Source: Aquifex aeolicus VF5 (GTDB lineage: Bacteria > Aquificota > Aquificia > Aquificales > Aquificaceae). From it: a stretch of DNA of 32,000 nucleotides. The notes beneath the pieces were generated by a model. It made no database searches. It saw nothing but the letters and a program-made list of their open reading frames with translations, and was not told the DNA's origin. This document shows, one piece after another, positions 1 through 11,302 of this stretch. The position numbers and the translations under genes are program-made. Location: contig NC_000918.1 in assembly GCF_000008625.1 (NCBI RefSeq), positions 570,001 to 602,000 on the forward strand. The letters run 5' to 3'. The stretch's first letter is position 1. Each line of letters opens with the position of its first letter.

Positions 1-884
<884 letters not shown>

Positions 885-931
885 ACCGGCGGGAGGAGGT
901 ACAGGCTTTATTCTGTTGACAAGGAGCCAAG

Positions 932-1004
932 TGGAGGTGGTGGGACTCGAACCCACGACCTCCTGCTTGCAAAGCAGGCGCTCTCCCAGCTGAGCTACAC
1001 CCCC
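932..1004 (-). tRNA. tRNA-Ala (anticodon UGC), CCA not encoded
   Basis: The reverse complement folds as GGGGGTG TA GCTC AGCTGGGA GAGC G CCTGC TT-TGC-AA GCAGG AGGTC GTGGG TTCGAGT CCCAC CACCTCC A. It has a full cloverleaf, the G3:U70 alanine identity pair and a TTCGAGT T-loop. Confidence 0.95.
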
Positions 1005-1020
1005 GAAGGTGCCCCTAATA

Positions 1021-1094
1021 TGGGCCTCCCAGGACTCGAACCTGGGACCTTGCCCTTATCAGGGGCACGCTCTAACCAGCTGAGCTAGAGGCCC
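1021..1094 (-). tRNA. tRNA-Ile (anticodon GAU), CCA not encoded
   Basis: The reverse complement folds as GGGCCTC TA GCTC AGCTGGTTA GAGC G TGCCC CT-GAT-AA GGGCA AGGTC CCAGG TTCGAGT CCTGG GAGGCCC A. It occupies the classical 16S-23S spacer position. Confidence 0.95.
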
Positions 1095-1109
1095 TGCTTT
1101 GCAAGGGGA

Positions 1110-1142
1110 GCAACTGAGTAGAGGGTGAGCCTCTCCTCCTTT
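1110..1142 (-). repeat. 3' arm of the 16S rRNA processing stem (pairs with 2849-2881)
   Basis: GCAACTGAGTAGAGGGTGAGCCTCTCCTCCTTT is the reverse complement of 2849-2881 at 32 of 33 positions. The two arms bracket the 16S gene, as expected for an RNase III-type precursor stem. Confidence 0.7.
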
Positions 1143-1199
1143 TATATGCACTAGACAGGGATGAGCTCCCCTTTTGTGGGGAGCTTTTGTCTCCGTTAT

Positions 1200-2776
<1,577 letters not shown>

Positions 2777-2848
2777 TCAGGGAAATAGGCGCAAGCGATT
2801 TATGGGGAACCAGAAATTGGGATCACCTGATGCTGGACCCCACTGATT

Positions 2849-2881
2849 AAAGGAGGAGAGGCTCACCCTCTATTCAGTTGC
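2849..2881 (-). repeat. 5' arm of the 16S rRNA processing stem (pairs with 1110-1142)
   Basis: AAAGGAGGAGAGGCTCACCCTCTATTCAGTTGC is complementary to 1110-1142 with a single A.C mismatch in the RNA. Confidence 0.7.
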
Positions 2882-2926
2882 CAAGGAGCCTAGGTGGGGC
2901 GTTATTGCCCCGGACACGAAATTTTA

Positions 2927-2954
2927 ATTATAAACATCTTTCACAAAATGTCAA
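2927..2954 (-). promoter_or_regulatory. sigma70-type promoter of the rRNA operon
   Basis: The minus strand reads TTGACA (2954-2949), a 16-nt spacer, then TATAAT (2932-2927). Both hexamers match consensus perfectly, about 45 nt upstream of the 16S processing stem. Confidence 0.65.
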
Positions 2955-3049
2955 GACTTTTTAGCTGCCTTTCTTCAGGTTAATCACCTGTGACATCTCC
3001 TTATTCTATATCCACTCCTACCCCTAGTCAAGAGGTAAATTAATTTCCT

Positions 3050-3706
3050 ATGAAAAAACACGATGGAATAATTGTCCTGCTTTCAGGCGGAATGGACAGT
3101 GCAACGTTACTTTGGCTTGCAAAAAGGGAGTTTAAAAAGGTATACGCTATTTCCTTTGATTACGGTCAAAGGCATAAAGTTGAACTTAAATACGCAAAGG
3201 AACTTGCTAAACTTGCAGAGGTGGAAGATCACTTTATAGTTCAGGTGCCGTTTTATACCTCGCTTAAAGGCTCTGCTTTAATAGACGAGAGTGTTGAAGT
3301 TCCGAAAGGAGAGTACCCTGAAAACGAACCTCCTGTGACCACCGTTCCCATGAGGAATTTGATTTTTCTCTCAATTGCCTCCGCTTTTGCGGACAACCTA
3401 GAGGTAAATTACATAGGGATAGGTGTTCACGCCCTTGATACACCTTATCCAGATTGCAGACCTGAGTTTATAACCGCTGCGGAAGCAGCCATTAACGCAG
3501 GTTCTACTTTTGTTGCAAAGAAAAAGGAGAGAATGCACGTTTACGCTCCCTTTTTGGGTATGAGTAAAAGGGATATAGCACTCCTTGGGAAGGAACTTGG
3601 TGTTCCCTTTGAGAAGACTTACTCCTGCTATATGGGAACTGAACCACCCTGCGGAGAGTGTCCCACGTGTATACAGCGGGAGGAAGCTCTAAGGGGAATC
3701 CTCTAA
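3050..3706 (+). CDS. queC: 7-cyano-7-deazaguanine (preQ0) synthase QueC
   Basis: 218-aa ORF with the PP-loop motif LLSGGMDS near the N-terminus, VPMRNLIFLSIA in the middle, and the C-terminal Zn cluster SCY...CGECPTCIQR typical of QueC/ExsB. Confidence 0.9.
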   Translation: MKKHDGIIVLLSGGMDSATLLWLAKREFKKVYAISFDYGQRHKVELKYAKELAKLAEVEDHFIVQVPFYTSLKGSALIDESVEVPKGEYPENEPPVTTVPMRNLIFLSIASAFADNLEVNYIGIGVHALDTPYPDCRPEFITAAEAAINAGSTFVAKKKERMHVYAPFLGMSKRDIALLGKELGVPFEKTYSCYMGTEPPCGECPTCIQREEALRGIL

Positions 3707-4444
3707 GTACTTTATGCTTTTCATTACTTTGTAATTTGTAAGGTCAAGGTGCAGGGGTGTGACGGAAACGTATCCATTCAAAACTGCCCAGTAGTCTGTC
3801 CCTTCTTCCGCGTGCCAGCCGAATTCTTCAGCCGCGATCCAGTAAAAGGGCTTACCGTATGGGTCTATGTACTTAAAAACCCTTTCTTTGTAAGCCCTTT
3901 TTCCCTGCCTCGTTACTTTTATGCCCTTTATCTCTTCGTACCTGAGGTTAGGGATGTTTACGTTGAGGTATGTATCTTCGGGTATACCTTCGTTTAGGAC
4001 TTTCTTAACTATGTCCACGCACACTTTTGCTATTTCTTCGAACATTATATTTTCTCTGCCAAAAGCAGAAAAGGCTATAGAAGGTATTCCCAGTATCCTT
4101 CCTTCCATTGCTCCCGAAACAGTTCCGGAGTAAGTTATATCTTCTCCGAGGTTAGGTCCTTCGTTTATTCCCGAAAGTACAAGATCGGGTTTCTTTTCTT
4201 CAAGGATAACTCTGTAACCAAGGTGAACGCAGTCCGCAGGAGTTCCGTCTATAACGGTGTAAAAATCCGTGTCTATTTTCCTCATCTTCAGGGGTTCCGT
4301 AAAGGTGAGGGAGTGTCCAACGCCGCTTAAGTTCCTGTCGGGAGCGACTACAACTACTCTCCCAAGGGATTTCAAAGCTTCCCTGAGGGCGTTTATTCCG
4401 GGAGAAAAGTAACCATCGTCGTTTACCAATAAAAACGTAGGCAT
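3689..4444 (-). CDS. surE: 5'/3'-nucleotidase SurE
   Basis: 251-aa ORF. The N-terminal LLVNDDGYFSPGINAL and the SGINEGPNLGEDITYSGTVSGAMEG motif are hallmark SurE signatures. Confidence 0.9.
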   Translation of the reverse strand: MPTFLLVNDDGYFSPGINALREALKSLGRVVVVAPDRNLSGVGHSLTFTEPLKMRKIDTDFYTVIDGTPADCVHLGYRVILEEKKPDLVLSGINEGPNLGEDITYSGTVSGAMEGRILGIPSIAFSAFGRENIMFEEIAKVCVDIVKKVLNEGIPEDTYLNVNIPNLRYEEIKGIKVTRQGKRAYKERVFKYIDPYGKPFYWIAAEEFGWHAEEGTDYWAVLNGYVSVTPLHLDLTNYKVMKSIKYLEDSP

Positions 4445-4447
4445 AAT

Positions 4448-5086
4448 TCACCTAAGTATTTTAACCGTTCCCTCACCTATTATTTTCCCTCGTATCACCT
4501 TTCTGGAAAAGGGAGAAAGGACTCTGATAACTTCTCCGTAATACCCGTTTTCTAAAGCTTTCGTTCTGAACCTGATAACTACGTTTCCGTTTTCATACAC
4601 AGCGTTTACTATCTCACCTCTTTTAACCAGAAATTCCTTTTTCAGGTAGGATCTTCTTACAATTGTCCCTTTTTTTATCTCCTTTAAAGCTACAAAGTTT
4701 ACGAAGTTTTCCTTAAAATTTTGGGGACATCTTTCCAGATAAATTTCTCTCTCTTCTACGTTTGAAAAGTTCAGTCTTTCTCCAGGATATATATCCCTTT
4801 TCGCTACGAGCACCCTGCACTTCCACTCAAGTTCTAAGGCTATCGTTCCAACCTTTGTGTTTTTGAGGTGAAGAAATCCTCTTGGAGAATTTTTGTAAAC
4901 TTTGAGTTCTACTTTTGAAAAGTTATCAGGTATTCCCGTGAGAACTTTATAATTTTTCAGCCTAACTTCTTCACCAAACTCCTTTCTTAATTCATTTTTT
5001 ATCAGGCTTTCTAAGTCAAGGGAGAAAGTAAATAGAAAGAAAAGGAAATTAACGGCGTAAATTAGCCGCTTGAGAGAGCATTTCAT
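4448..5086 (-). CDS. flgA: flagellar basal-body P-ring formation protein FlgA (start uncertain; the ORF extends to 5119)
   Basis: Lies directly downstream of flgG. Has a signal-peptide-like N-terminus from the ATG at 5086 ([19 protein letters not shown]) and a C-terminal SAF-like segment ([27 protein letters not shown]) as in FlgA. Confidence 0.65.
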   Translation of the reverse strand: MKCSLKRLIYAVNFLFFLFTFSLDLESLIKNELRKEFGEEVRLKNYKVLTGIPDNFSKVELKVYKNSPRGFLHLKNTKVGTIALELEWKCRVLVAKRDIYPGERLNFSNVEEREIYLERCPQNFKENFVNFVALKEIKKGTIVRRSYLKKEFLVKRGEIVNAVYENGNVVIRFRTKALENGYYGEVIRVLSPFSRKVIRGKIIGEGTVKILR

Positions 5087-5837
5087 CCGCCGCCTGTATT
5101 CCCTTGGTGTTGAACTCATAGGCTCTTTGGGCTATTATGAGGTTCACCATTTCTTCAACTATGTTGACGTTTGAACTTTCCAGATATCCCTGTAGCAGCG
5201 TTCCGAGTCCTTGATTTCCGGGATTGTCTATTATGGGCTCTCCCGAGGCTGTAGTTTGAATGTAGAGATTATTCCCTATTCTTCTTAAACCCGCGGGGTT
5301 TACGAACTTTGCGAGTTCTATCCTTCCCACTTCTTCAACTTCCGTTGCTCCTTGTCTTAAAACCGAAACAGTTCCGTCCGCGGCTATGCTTACACTTATT
5401 GCGTCCGCGGGAATGGTTATCTCAGGGTCTAAGGGGTATCCGTCGCTGTTCACTATCCTACCTTCTGAGTCTAATCTGAACTGTCCGTTCCTCGTGTAGG
5501 CTATCGTTCCGTCCGGAAGAACGATTTTAAAGAAACCGTCTCCCTGAATGGCTATATCGAGCTGATTGTCTGTTTTCGTGAGGTTTCCTTGAGTGAATAT
5601 ACCGTAAGTATCAGAGACATAAGTTCCTAAACCTATCTGGAAACCGGAGGGGCTTCTCGTCGTTGGAGAAGTAGGTGCACCTGGCTCTTCTACCGTTTGG
5701 TAGAGAAGGTCCTGAAAGGTAGCACGCATTTTCTTGTAGCCCACGGTATTTACGTTTGCCATGTTGTGGGAAATGACGTCAAGGTTTGTCTGCTGAGCCG
5801 TCATTCCGGAAGCTGAGGTCCAGAGAGCTCTAAACAT
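5049..5837 (-). CDS. flgG: flagellar basal-body rod protein FlgG
   Basis: N-terminal [35 protein letters not shown] and C-terminal [27 protein letters not shown] are canonical rod-protein motifs. The ATG at 5837 is preceded by GGAGGTG, so the GTG at 5843 in the ORF track lies inside the SD. Confidence 0.9.
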   Translation of the reverse strand: MFRALWTSASGMTAQQTNLDVISHNMANVNTVGYKKMRATFQDLLYQTVEEPGAPTSPTTRSPSGFQIGLGTYVSDTYGIFTQGNLTKTDNQLDIAIQGDGFFKIVLPDGTIAYTRNGQFRLDSEGRIVNSDGYPLDPEITIPADAISVSIAADGTVSVLRQGATEVEEVGRIELAKFVNPAGLRRIGNNLYIQTTASGEPIIDNPGNQGLGTLLQGYLESSNVNIVEEMVNLIIAQRAYEFNTKGIQAADEMLSQAANLRR

Positions 5838-5880
5838 AACCACCTCCCTCTAGGTACTTATTTTAAAATTTAAGCTTAAC

Positions 5881-7305
5881 ATGAAAGTTGTAATAGTAGG
5901 AAACGGTCCCGCAGCTGCAAGCGCAGTGGAAGCCTTCAGAAAGGTAGACAGAGACAGTGAGATTATAATCCTTTCCGACGAAGAGTTCCCAACCTACGCT
6001 CCAAACTGCATGGAAAACGTGATAAGGGACGACATATCAAAGGAAGCTCTCTTTTACAAAGGCGGAGAAAAGTTCTACGAAAAGTACAGGGTTGATTTCA
6101 GGCCGAAAACCGAGGTTGTAGGCATAGATAACAAAAGGAAAGTAGTTATCACTAAAAAAGGAGAGGAAATATCCTACGATAAATGTTTGCTCGCCGCTGG
6201 AGCTTACTCCTTTATCCCTCCCATAGACGGGGTTGACTTGGAAAGGGTCACGACCGCTAAAAACCTTTACGACGCTTACAAGATAAGGAGCTGGATACTT
6301 TCAGGAAAAATAACAAAAGCTGTAATAATAGGTGCGGGGCCCATAGGCATAGAGGATGCGGAAACACTCAGACACATGGGGATAGACGTTACAGTAATAG
6401 AGGTCTTTGACAGGATACTCCCGAGGATGCTGGACCGCCAGATGGGAAAGCTGTACCAAAAGCCTCTAGAAGAGGAAGGTATTGAATTCCTGCTTGAACA
6501 TCAGGTGGTAGCAATACACGGAAAGAATGGAGAAGTTGAAGCGGTAGAGGTAAAAAAGAGGGGAACGGATAAGACCTTTTTCATAAAAACGGATATGGTA
6601 ATAATTTCCACCGGAGTAAGACCGAGGACTTACCTCGTTGAAGGAACGGACATTGAAATACACATGGACAAAAAGCTCAACAAACCAATAGGCGGTATTC
6701 TGGTGAACGAGTATCAGCAAACGAGCGACCCGGACGTTTACGCCGCGGGAGACATAGCCTCAGGAGTGGACATGTGGGGAAACCACAGGTGGATAGCCCT
6801 TTTCCCTCCTGCACAGCAAGCCGGGTACGTGGCGGGCTTTAATATGGCTGGACTAAAAGTAAGGAATAACGGTCTGGTTGATTACAACGCAGTAAAGACC
6901 CGTTCCGTAACTGCCGGAAGCGGAGGATTGTTTGAAGACGCGGACGAGAGCTTCTTTCTCGAGTATAAAGAATACCTCGTAAAAGTTTTCCTAAAAGACG
7001 GAAAAGTAAGGGGATACCAGTTCGTAGGAGTGCCAAAGTATCCAAAACTCAATCCTAGAAATCCTTTAATAAGAGTTTTAAACAAGATAAATACGTGGGA
7101 GGAAAAGGTTTTATTGGATAAAGGGCTCGGTTTGGAGGCTTCAGGAGCTCTCTTTCACTTCTTTGTAAAGTTAAACAGGGAGTTCAAGGAAGTTCACAGA
7201 AGATTGGTGGAAGAAATGTTCGTGAGGGCGATGGCAAACCCCTCACGAGAAATACCACTTTTCACAGTACAGGAAGGAGAAGTCCTAAAAACAGTAGGAA
7301 AGTAA
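5881..7305 (+). CDS. FAD-dependent pyridine-nucleotide-disulfide oxidoreductase, NADH oxidase/CoA-disulfide-reductase-like
   Basis: Two Rossmann dinucleotide motifs (VVIVGNGPAAASA and AVIIGAGPIGIE), a single N-terminal redox Cys in YAPNCMEN as in the Nox/CoADR family, and GDIA near the FAD site. Confidence 0.75.
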   Translation: MKVVIVGNGPAAASAVEAFRKVDRDSEIIILSDEEFPTYAPNCMENVIRDDISKEALFYKGGEKFYEKYRVDFRPKTEVVGIDNKRKVVITKKGEEISYDKCLLAAGAYSFIPPIDGVDLERVTTAKNLYDAYKIRSWILSGKITKAVIIGAGPIGIEDAETLRHMGIDVTVIEVFDRILPRMLDRQMGKLYQKPLEEEGIEFLLEHQVVAIHGKNGEVEAVEVKKRGTDKTFFIKTDMVIISTGVRPRTYLVEGTDIEIHMDKKLNKPIGGILVNEYQQTSDPDVYAAGDIASGVDMWGNHRWIALFPPAQQAGYVAGFNMAGLKVRNNGLVDYNAVKTRSVTAGSGGLFEDADESFFLEYKEYLVKVFLKDGKVRGYQFVGVPKYPKLNPRNPLIRVLNKINTWEEKVLLDKGLGLEASGALFHFFVKLNREFKEVHRRLVEEMFVRAMANPSREIPLFTVQEGEVLKTVGK

Positions 7306-7960
7306 GGGGAAACACCTCGGAAAAGTCCAGATCTTCGTACTTTGGTGCTTCTGCCTTCTCTTCAAAGAATACGGGGGAGAACATCTTAAATCCTACCCAG
7401 AGCCACACGAGCCACTCAATTAAGAGTATAGGGGTGAGAATTAGATTTCCTTTAAATACACCGTAAAGGGTGAAAAAGGCGTAAGCGGGTGCTATTACGA
7501 GTGAGGAAACGAGCGCCACGAAGGCAAGCGTTCCCAGAACAGGAAGATAAGTAGCTATACCTTTAAATTCCTCAACCTCAGGTTTAGCGCCTTGATTCTT
7601 CATGTGGAGGATTAAAAAGTGAATCACCGTCAGGGGAATTGCGAACGCTGAAATGAAGAAGAGCATCTTTTCGGGATGAAGCCACGAGAGTGACGCCACT
7701 GCTATGTAGTAGGTGAGCAACCATTCTTCGTAATTCTGAACTCTAAAGAGCCTGTAAGTATATGCGATGGATGTGAGAACGGCGAGTAGTATCAGGAGTG
7801 TTCCTGCTTTTCCAACCCCAAGGGCTCCTACAAGGACACCTAAAAGAACGAGAACAGGGAAGAAGTAGTTTCTGCAACTTTTACAGTTTTCAAAGACGTA
7901 ATCAACTACGAAACTGAAGGGGATAATCGGAACAAAAAACACACCGAGGAGTTTTATCAT
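7262..7960 (-). CDS. polytopic membrane protein of unknown function, resembling the C-terminal extension of the DabB-like protein
   Basis: 232-aa ORF with about 7 hydrophobic segments. It shows collinear similarity to residues ~560-787 of the ORF at 27975-30338 (see findings). Confidence 0.6.
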   Translation of the reverse strand: MIKLLGVFFVPIIPFSFVVDYVFENCKSCRNYFFPVLVLLGVLVGALGVGKAGTLLILLAVLTSIAYTYRLFRVQNYEEWLLTYYIAVASLSWLHPEKMLFFISAFAIPLTVIHFLILHMKNQGAKPEVEEFKGIATYLPVLGTLAFVALVSSLVIAPAYAFFTLYGVFKGNLILTPILLIEWLVWLWVGFKMFSPVFFEEKAEAPKYEDLDFSEVFPLTFLLFLGLLLPVL

Positions 7961-8039
7961 TCCCTTGCCTCCTTTGAGGTTTATAACGTTTTTTATTATA
8001 CTTGACCCAAAAGTTCCAAAAACCTTACCTTAATACATT

Positions 8040-9707
8040 ATGAAATTCAGGAGTGATAAGGTAAAAAAAGGAATAGAAAGGGCTCCTCACAGGGCGCTTT
8101 TGAGGGCCTGCGGACTTTCTGATGAGGACTTTGACAAGCCACTTATAGGGATAGCAAACTCATACATAGACATAATTCCGGGGCACGTTCACCTGAGGGA
8201 GTTCGTAGAACCTATAAAGGAAGAAGTCAGGAAACTGGGCGGAGTTCCTATAGAGTTCAACGTAATCGGAGTTGACGACGGAATAGCCATGGGACACGAA
8301 GGTATGCATTACTCCCTCCCCTCCAGAGAACTCATAGCTGACAGCATAGAAACGGTTGTAAACGCGCACCAGCTGGACGCACTCATATGCATTCCCAATT
8401 GTGACAAAATAGTTCCGGGAATGCTCATGGGAGCTTTGAGGGTAAACGTCCCCACCGTTTTCATAAGCGGGGGACCCATGCTCGCGGGAGAGGTAAACGG
8501 TCAAAAGGTGGATCTCATCAGCGTCTTTGAAGGTATAGGTAAGGTAAAGAGGGGAGAGATTTCAGAGCAGGAACTAAAAGTTATAGAAGCATCCGCCTGT
8601 CCCACATGCGGTAGCTGTTCTGGAATGTTTACTGCAAATTCTATGAACTGCTTAACGGAAGTACTCGGTCTTGCACTTCCCGGAAACGGAACTATCCTCG
8701 CCATAGACCCGAGGCGTGAAATACTGGCGAGAAACGCGGTAAAAGCCCTCTTTGAACTTCTAGAAAAGGATGTAAAACCGAGGGATATAGTCACGGAAGA
8801 AGCCCTGGACGACGCCTTCACCGTGGACATAGCGATGGGAGGCTCTTCAAACACCATACTTCACTTACTTGCGATCGCGAGGGAGGCCGGAATAGAGTAC
8901 AACCTTGCCAAGATAAACGAGATATCTAAGAGAACACCCACTATATGTAAGATTTCACCCGCATCACACTACCACATTGAGGATCTAGATCGCGTTGGTG
9001 GAATACCCACTATTATGAAGGAGCTCTCAAAACTCGGACTCCTTCACACGGAAAGGAAAACCGTAAGCGGTAAAACGATAGGGGAAATAATAAGCGATGC
9101 TCCGGACGCCGACGGCGAGGTAGTGAGAACCATTGAGAACCCTTATTCCAAGGACGGAGGTATAGCAATACTCTTTGGAAACCTCGCCCCCGAGGGAGCT
9201 GTTGTAAAGACCGCGGGAGTTGATCCCAAGATGCTCACCTTTAAGGGTAAAGCCATATGCTTTGATTCGGAAGAGGAGGCTATAGAGGGAATTCTCGGAG
9301 GAAAGGTAAAGCCCGGACACGTGGTCGTGATAAGGTACGAGGGGCCTAAGGGAGGGCCCGGTATGAGGGAGATGCTCTCACCCACTTCCGCAATAATGGG
9401 AATGGGACTGGGAGACAAAGTGGCACTCATTACGGATGGAAGGTTCTCCGGCGGAACGAGAGGGGCGTGCGTGGGACACATTTCTCCCGAAGCGGCGGCA
9501 GGAGGACCGATAGGAATAGTAAAAGACGGAGACGAGATATTAATAGATATACCGAACAGAAGGATAGAGCTCCTGATTTCCGAAGAAGAGTTCAATGAAA
9601 GGATGAAGAACTTCAAACCTAAGCAAAAGGAGATAAAGAGTTCCTGGCTAAGGCGGTACGCAAAACTCGTGACTTCCGCCTCAAAAGGTGCTATCCTCGA
9701 GGCTTAA
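8040..9707 (+). CDS. ilvD: dihydroxy-acid dehydratase
   Basis: 555 aa, with [10 protein letters not shown], the Fe-S Cys motif [18 protein letters not shown] and [13 protein letters not shown], all IlvD hallmarks. Confidence 0.95.
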   Translation: MKFRSDKVKKGIERAPHRALLRACGLSDEDFDKPLIGIANSYIDIIPGHVHLREFVEPIKEEVRKLGGVPIEFNVIGVDDGIAMGHEGMHYSLPSRELIADSIETVVNAHQLDALICIPNCDKIVPGMLMGALRVNVPTVFISGGPMLAGEVNGQKVDLISVFEGIGKVKRGEISEQELKVIEASACPTCGSCSGMFTANSMNCLTEVLGLALPGNGTILAIDPRREILARNAVKALFELLEKDVKPRDIVTEEALDDAFTVDIAMGGSSNTILHLLAIAREAGIEYNLAKINEISKRTPTICKISPASHYHIEDLDRVGGIPTIMKELSKLGLLHTERKTVSGKTIGEIISDAPDADGEVVRTIENPYSKDGGIAILFGNLAPEGAVVKTAGVDPKMLTFKGKAICFDSEEEAIEGILGGKVKPGHVVVIRYEGPKGGPGMREMLSPTSAIMGMGLGDKVALITDGRFSGGTRGACVGHISPEAAAGGPIGIVKDGDEILIDIPNRRIELLISEEEFNERMKNFKPKQKEIKSSWLRRYAKLVTSASKGAILEA

Positions 9708-10882
9708 CCCTGTTTCTTTTTTTCCAAAAACTCCTTCTGTTTCTCCTTTAGTTCTTCCATTTTTTTCATTACTTCTTCAAAGGAAAGGTTTGTCCTGAAG
9801 CCGTCACCTACAAAGTGTGTCCTCACTCCGTTGAAGAACTTTACCGCTATCCTTATAGGGGGCTGAGCCGGAAGTTTTACCTTTTCGGCGAGTTTTGAGA
9901 GGACGTAGAATCCCACCGTCTGGAGCTGTGACTCCTCCTTTATGAGCTTTAGAATCCTCTTTGTTTCCTTTTCTATCTCTTCCCTCTTTTGGGCTTCTTC
10001 GTAAAGGAAGTTCGTAAACTCCTCGTCCCACAGTTTTCCTATCCAGAGGGGTCCTCCTATGTGGAACTTTGAACCGCAGTGAGGACATTTCTCTTTGAAC
10101 TTGTAAAGGTCTGTAACCACTTCCCTGTTCATACAGTTAAAGCAGTACTGAATGTATCCGAACTGCTCAATTAATTTATCAACCTTTTCCACTCCCCTCT
10201 CTTTGACAAAAAAGAGTTTGAAGTAGTGCAGGTGAGAGTAGGCGAATATGGGTATCATAGCTATGTCGTACTGTGCCGCAAGCTCTATAACCTTCTTTAT
10301 TAATATCCTTATTCCCACCTCGTGCTTGAATTCGTTCCTGAGCGGTCTTGCCATGTACCTCCTCATACAGGTTTTTGGGTATGTTCCGGAGAGCGGTGCC
10401 GTGTCTGTAGCGGTTAAGCTCAAGATACCTCCCCTCTTCATGGAAAGGGCAACGCTTTCTATAAAGGGAACGGGTGTTCCGAAGGGATCGAGATCCACGT
10501 AATCGAACCCAAAACCCCACTCCTTCCTCAGGAAAAAGTTCGCCTCCATCCCGTGTATCTCGTACCTGTCTTCAGGTATGTTGTTTAGCTTGAAGTTTTC
10601 CTTCATTATCTCTATCGCCTTTGAGCTTATGTCGTTTGCGTAGGCTTTTTCAACGCATGAAGTTTCAAGTAAAAACCTTATAGCCCTTATACCGCTTGCG
10701 GATAATGGATCCGCTACTTTTACCGGTCTTCCTAGTTTTTTGCAGAGGTATTCGAGTCCCAGAACCGCGAGATCCCTGTTTACCCTCATTCTGGGGTTGT
10801 AAAAAACGGGCATGTCTGAGCTTACCGTTTTGGGGATTTCGGGTACGATTATCTTAGCTATTCCTTCCTGAACGATTTCCAT
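9704..10882 (-). CDS. trm1: tRNA (guanine-N2)-dimethyltransferase Trm1 (archaeal/eukaryal type)
   Basis: Has the Trm1 N-terminal [12 protein letters not shown], the SAM-binding region [21 protein letters not shown], and a CxxC...CxxC Zn motif (CFNC...CPHC). I chose the ATG at 10882; the ORF track starts at the TTG at 10900. Confidence 0.85.
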
Positions 10883-10900
10883 AAGGAAAAATATTAACAA

Positions 10901-11302
10901 ATGGAGCTCTTGAAAGAAGTAATCCTTGAAAGTGAAGAGGATACATACAAACTTGCAGAAGAGATCGCACAGCTTTTAAAGGGAAGCGAGGTAATATGTC
11001 TCAGGGGAACTTTGGGAGCGGGAAAGACTACTTTTGTAAAAGCTCTGGCAAAGGCTTTGAAGGTAAAAAACCCGAGTGCAGTAAGGAGTCCCACCTTTAC
11101 ACTCGTCAACGAGTACGAAACGGATAAGGGAAAACTGATACATATAGACCTCTACAGAGTTCCCGATTTTGACTACTCCGAATTTATAGGAGAGGGTATC
11201 TTAGCCGTTGAGTGGGAGGAGAGGGACAAACCCTGCGATATTATTCTGGAAATAGAGATATTAGATGAAAATAAAAGAAAGGTAAGGATTTACAGAAAAT
11301 GA
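10901..11302 (+). CDS. tsaE: tRNA t6A37 biosynthesis ATPase TsaE (YjeE)
   Basis: 133 aa with the Walker A motif GTLGAGKTTF followed by SPTFTLVNEY and DLYR, the YjeE/TsaE signature. Confidence 0.85.
   Translation: MELLKEVILESEEDTYKLAEEIAQLLKGSEVICLRGTLGAGKTTFVKALAKALKVKNPSAVRSPTFTLVNEYETDKGKLIHIDLYRVPDFDYSEFIGEGILAVEWEERDKPCDIILEIEILDENKRKVRIYRK

Noticed and set aside
1163-1190. A hairpin AGCTCCCC-TTTTGT-GGGGAGCT followed by TTTT on the plus strand, which looks like a Rho-independent terminator.
   Set aside because: It lies inside the 16S-tRNA-Ile spacer of a minus-strand rRNA operon. No plus-strand gene ends there, and on the minus strand it has no U-tract. It is more likely spacer secondary structure.
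2955-3049. A possible preQ1 riboswitch or other leader element upstream of queC.
   Set aside because: I could not find the short P1 hairpin followed by the A-rich tail typical of preQ1-I aptamers. The segment is more simply explained as DNA upstream of the rRNA promoter plus the queC promoter. A covariance-model scan would settle it.
7961-8039. A TTGACC hexamer upstream of ilvD as a candidate promoter.
   Set aside because: No acceptable -10 hexamer lies at 16-18-nt spacing (the best is TTACCT), so I do not report it as a feature.
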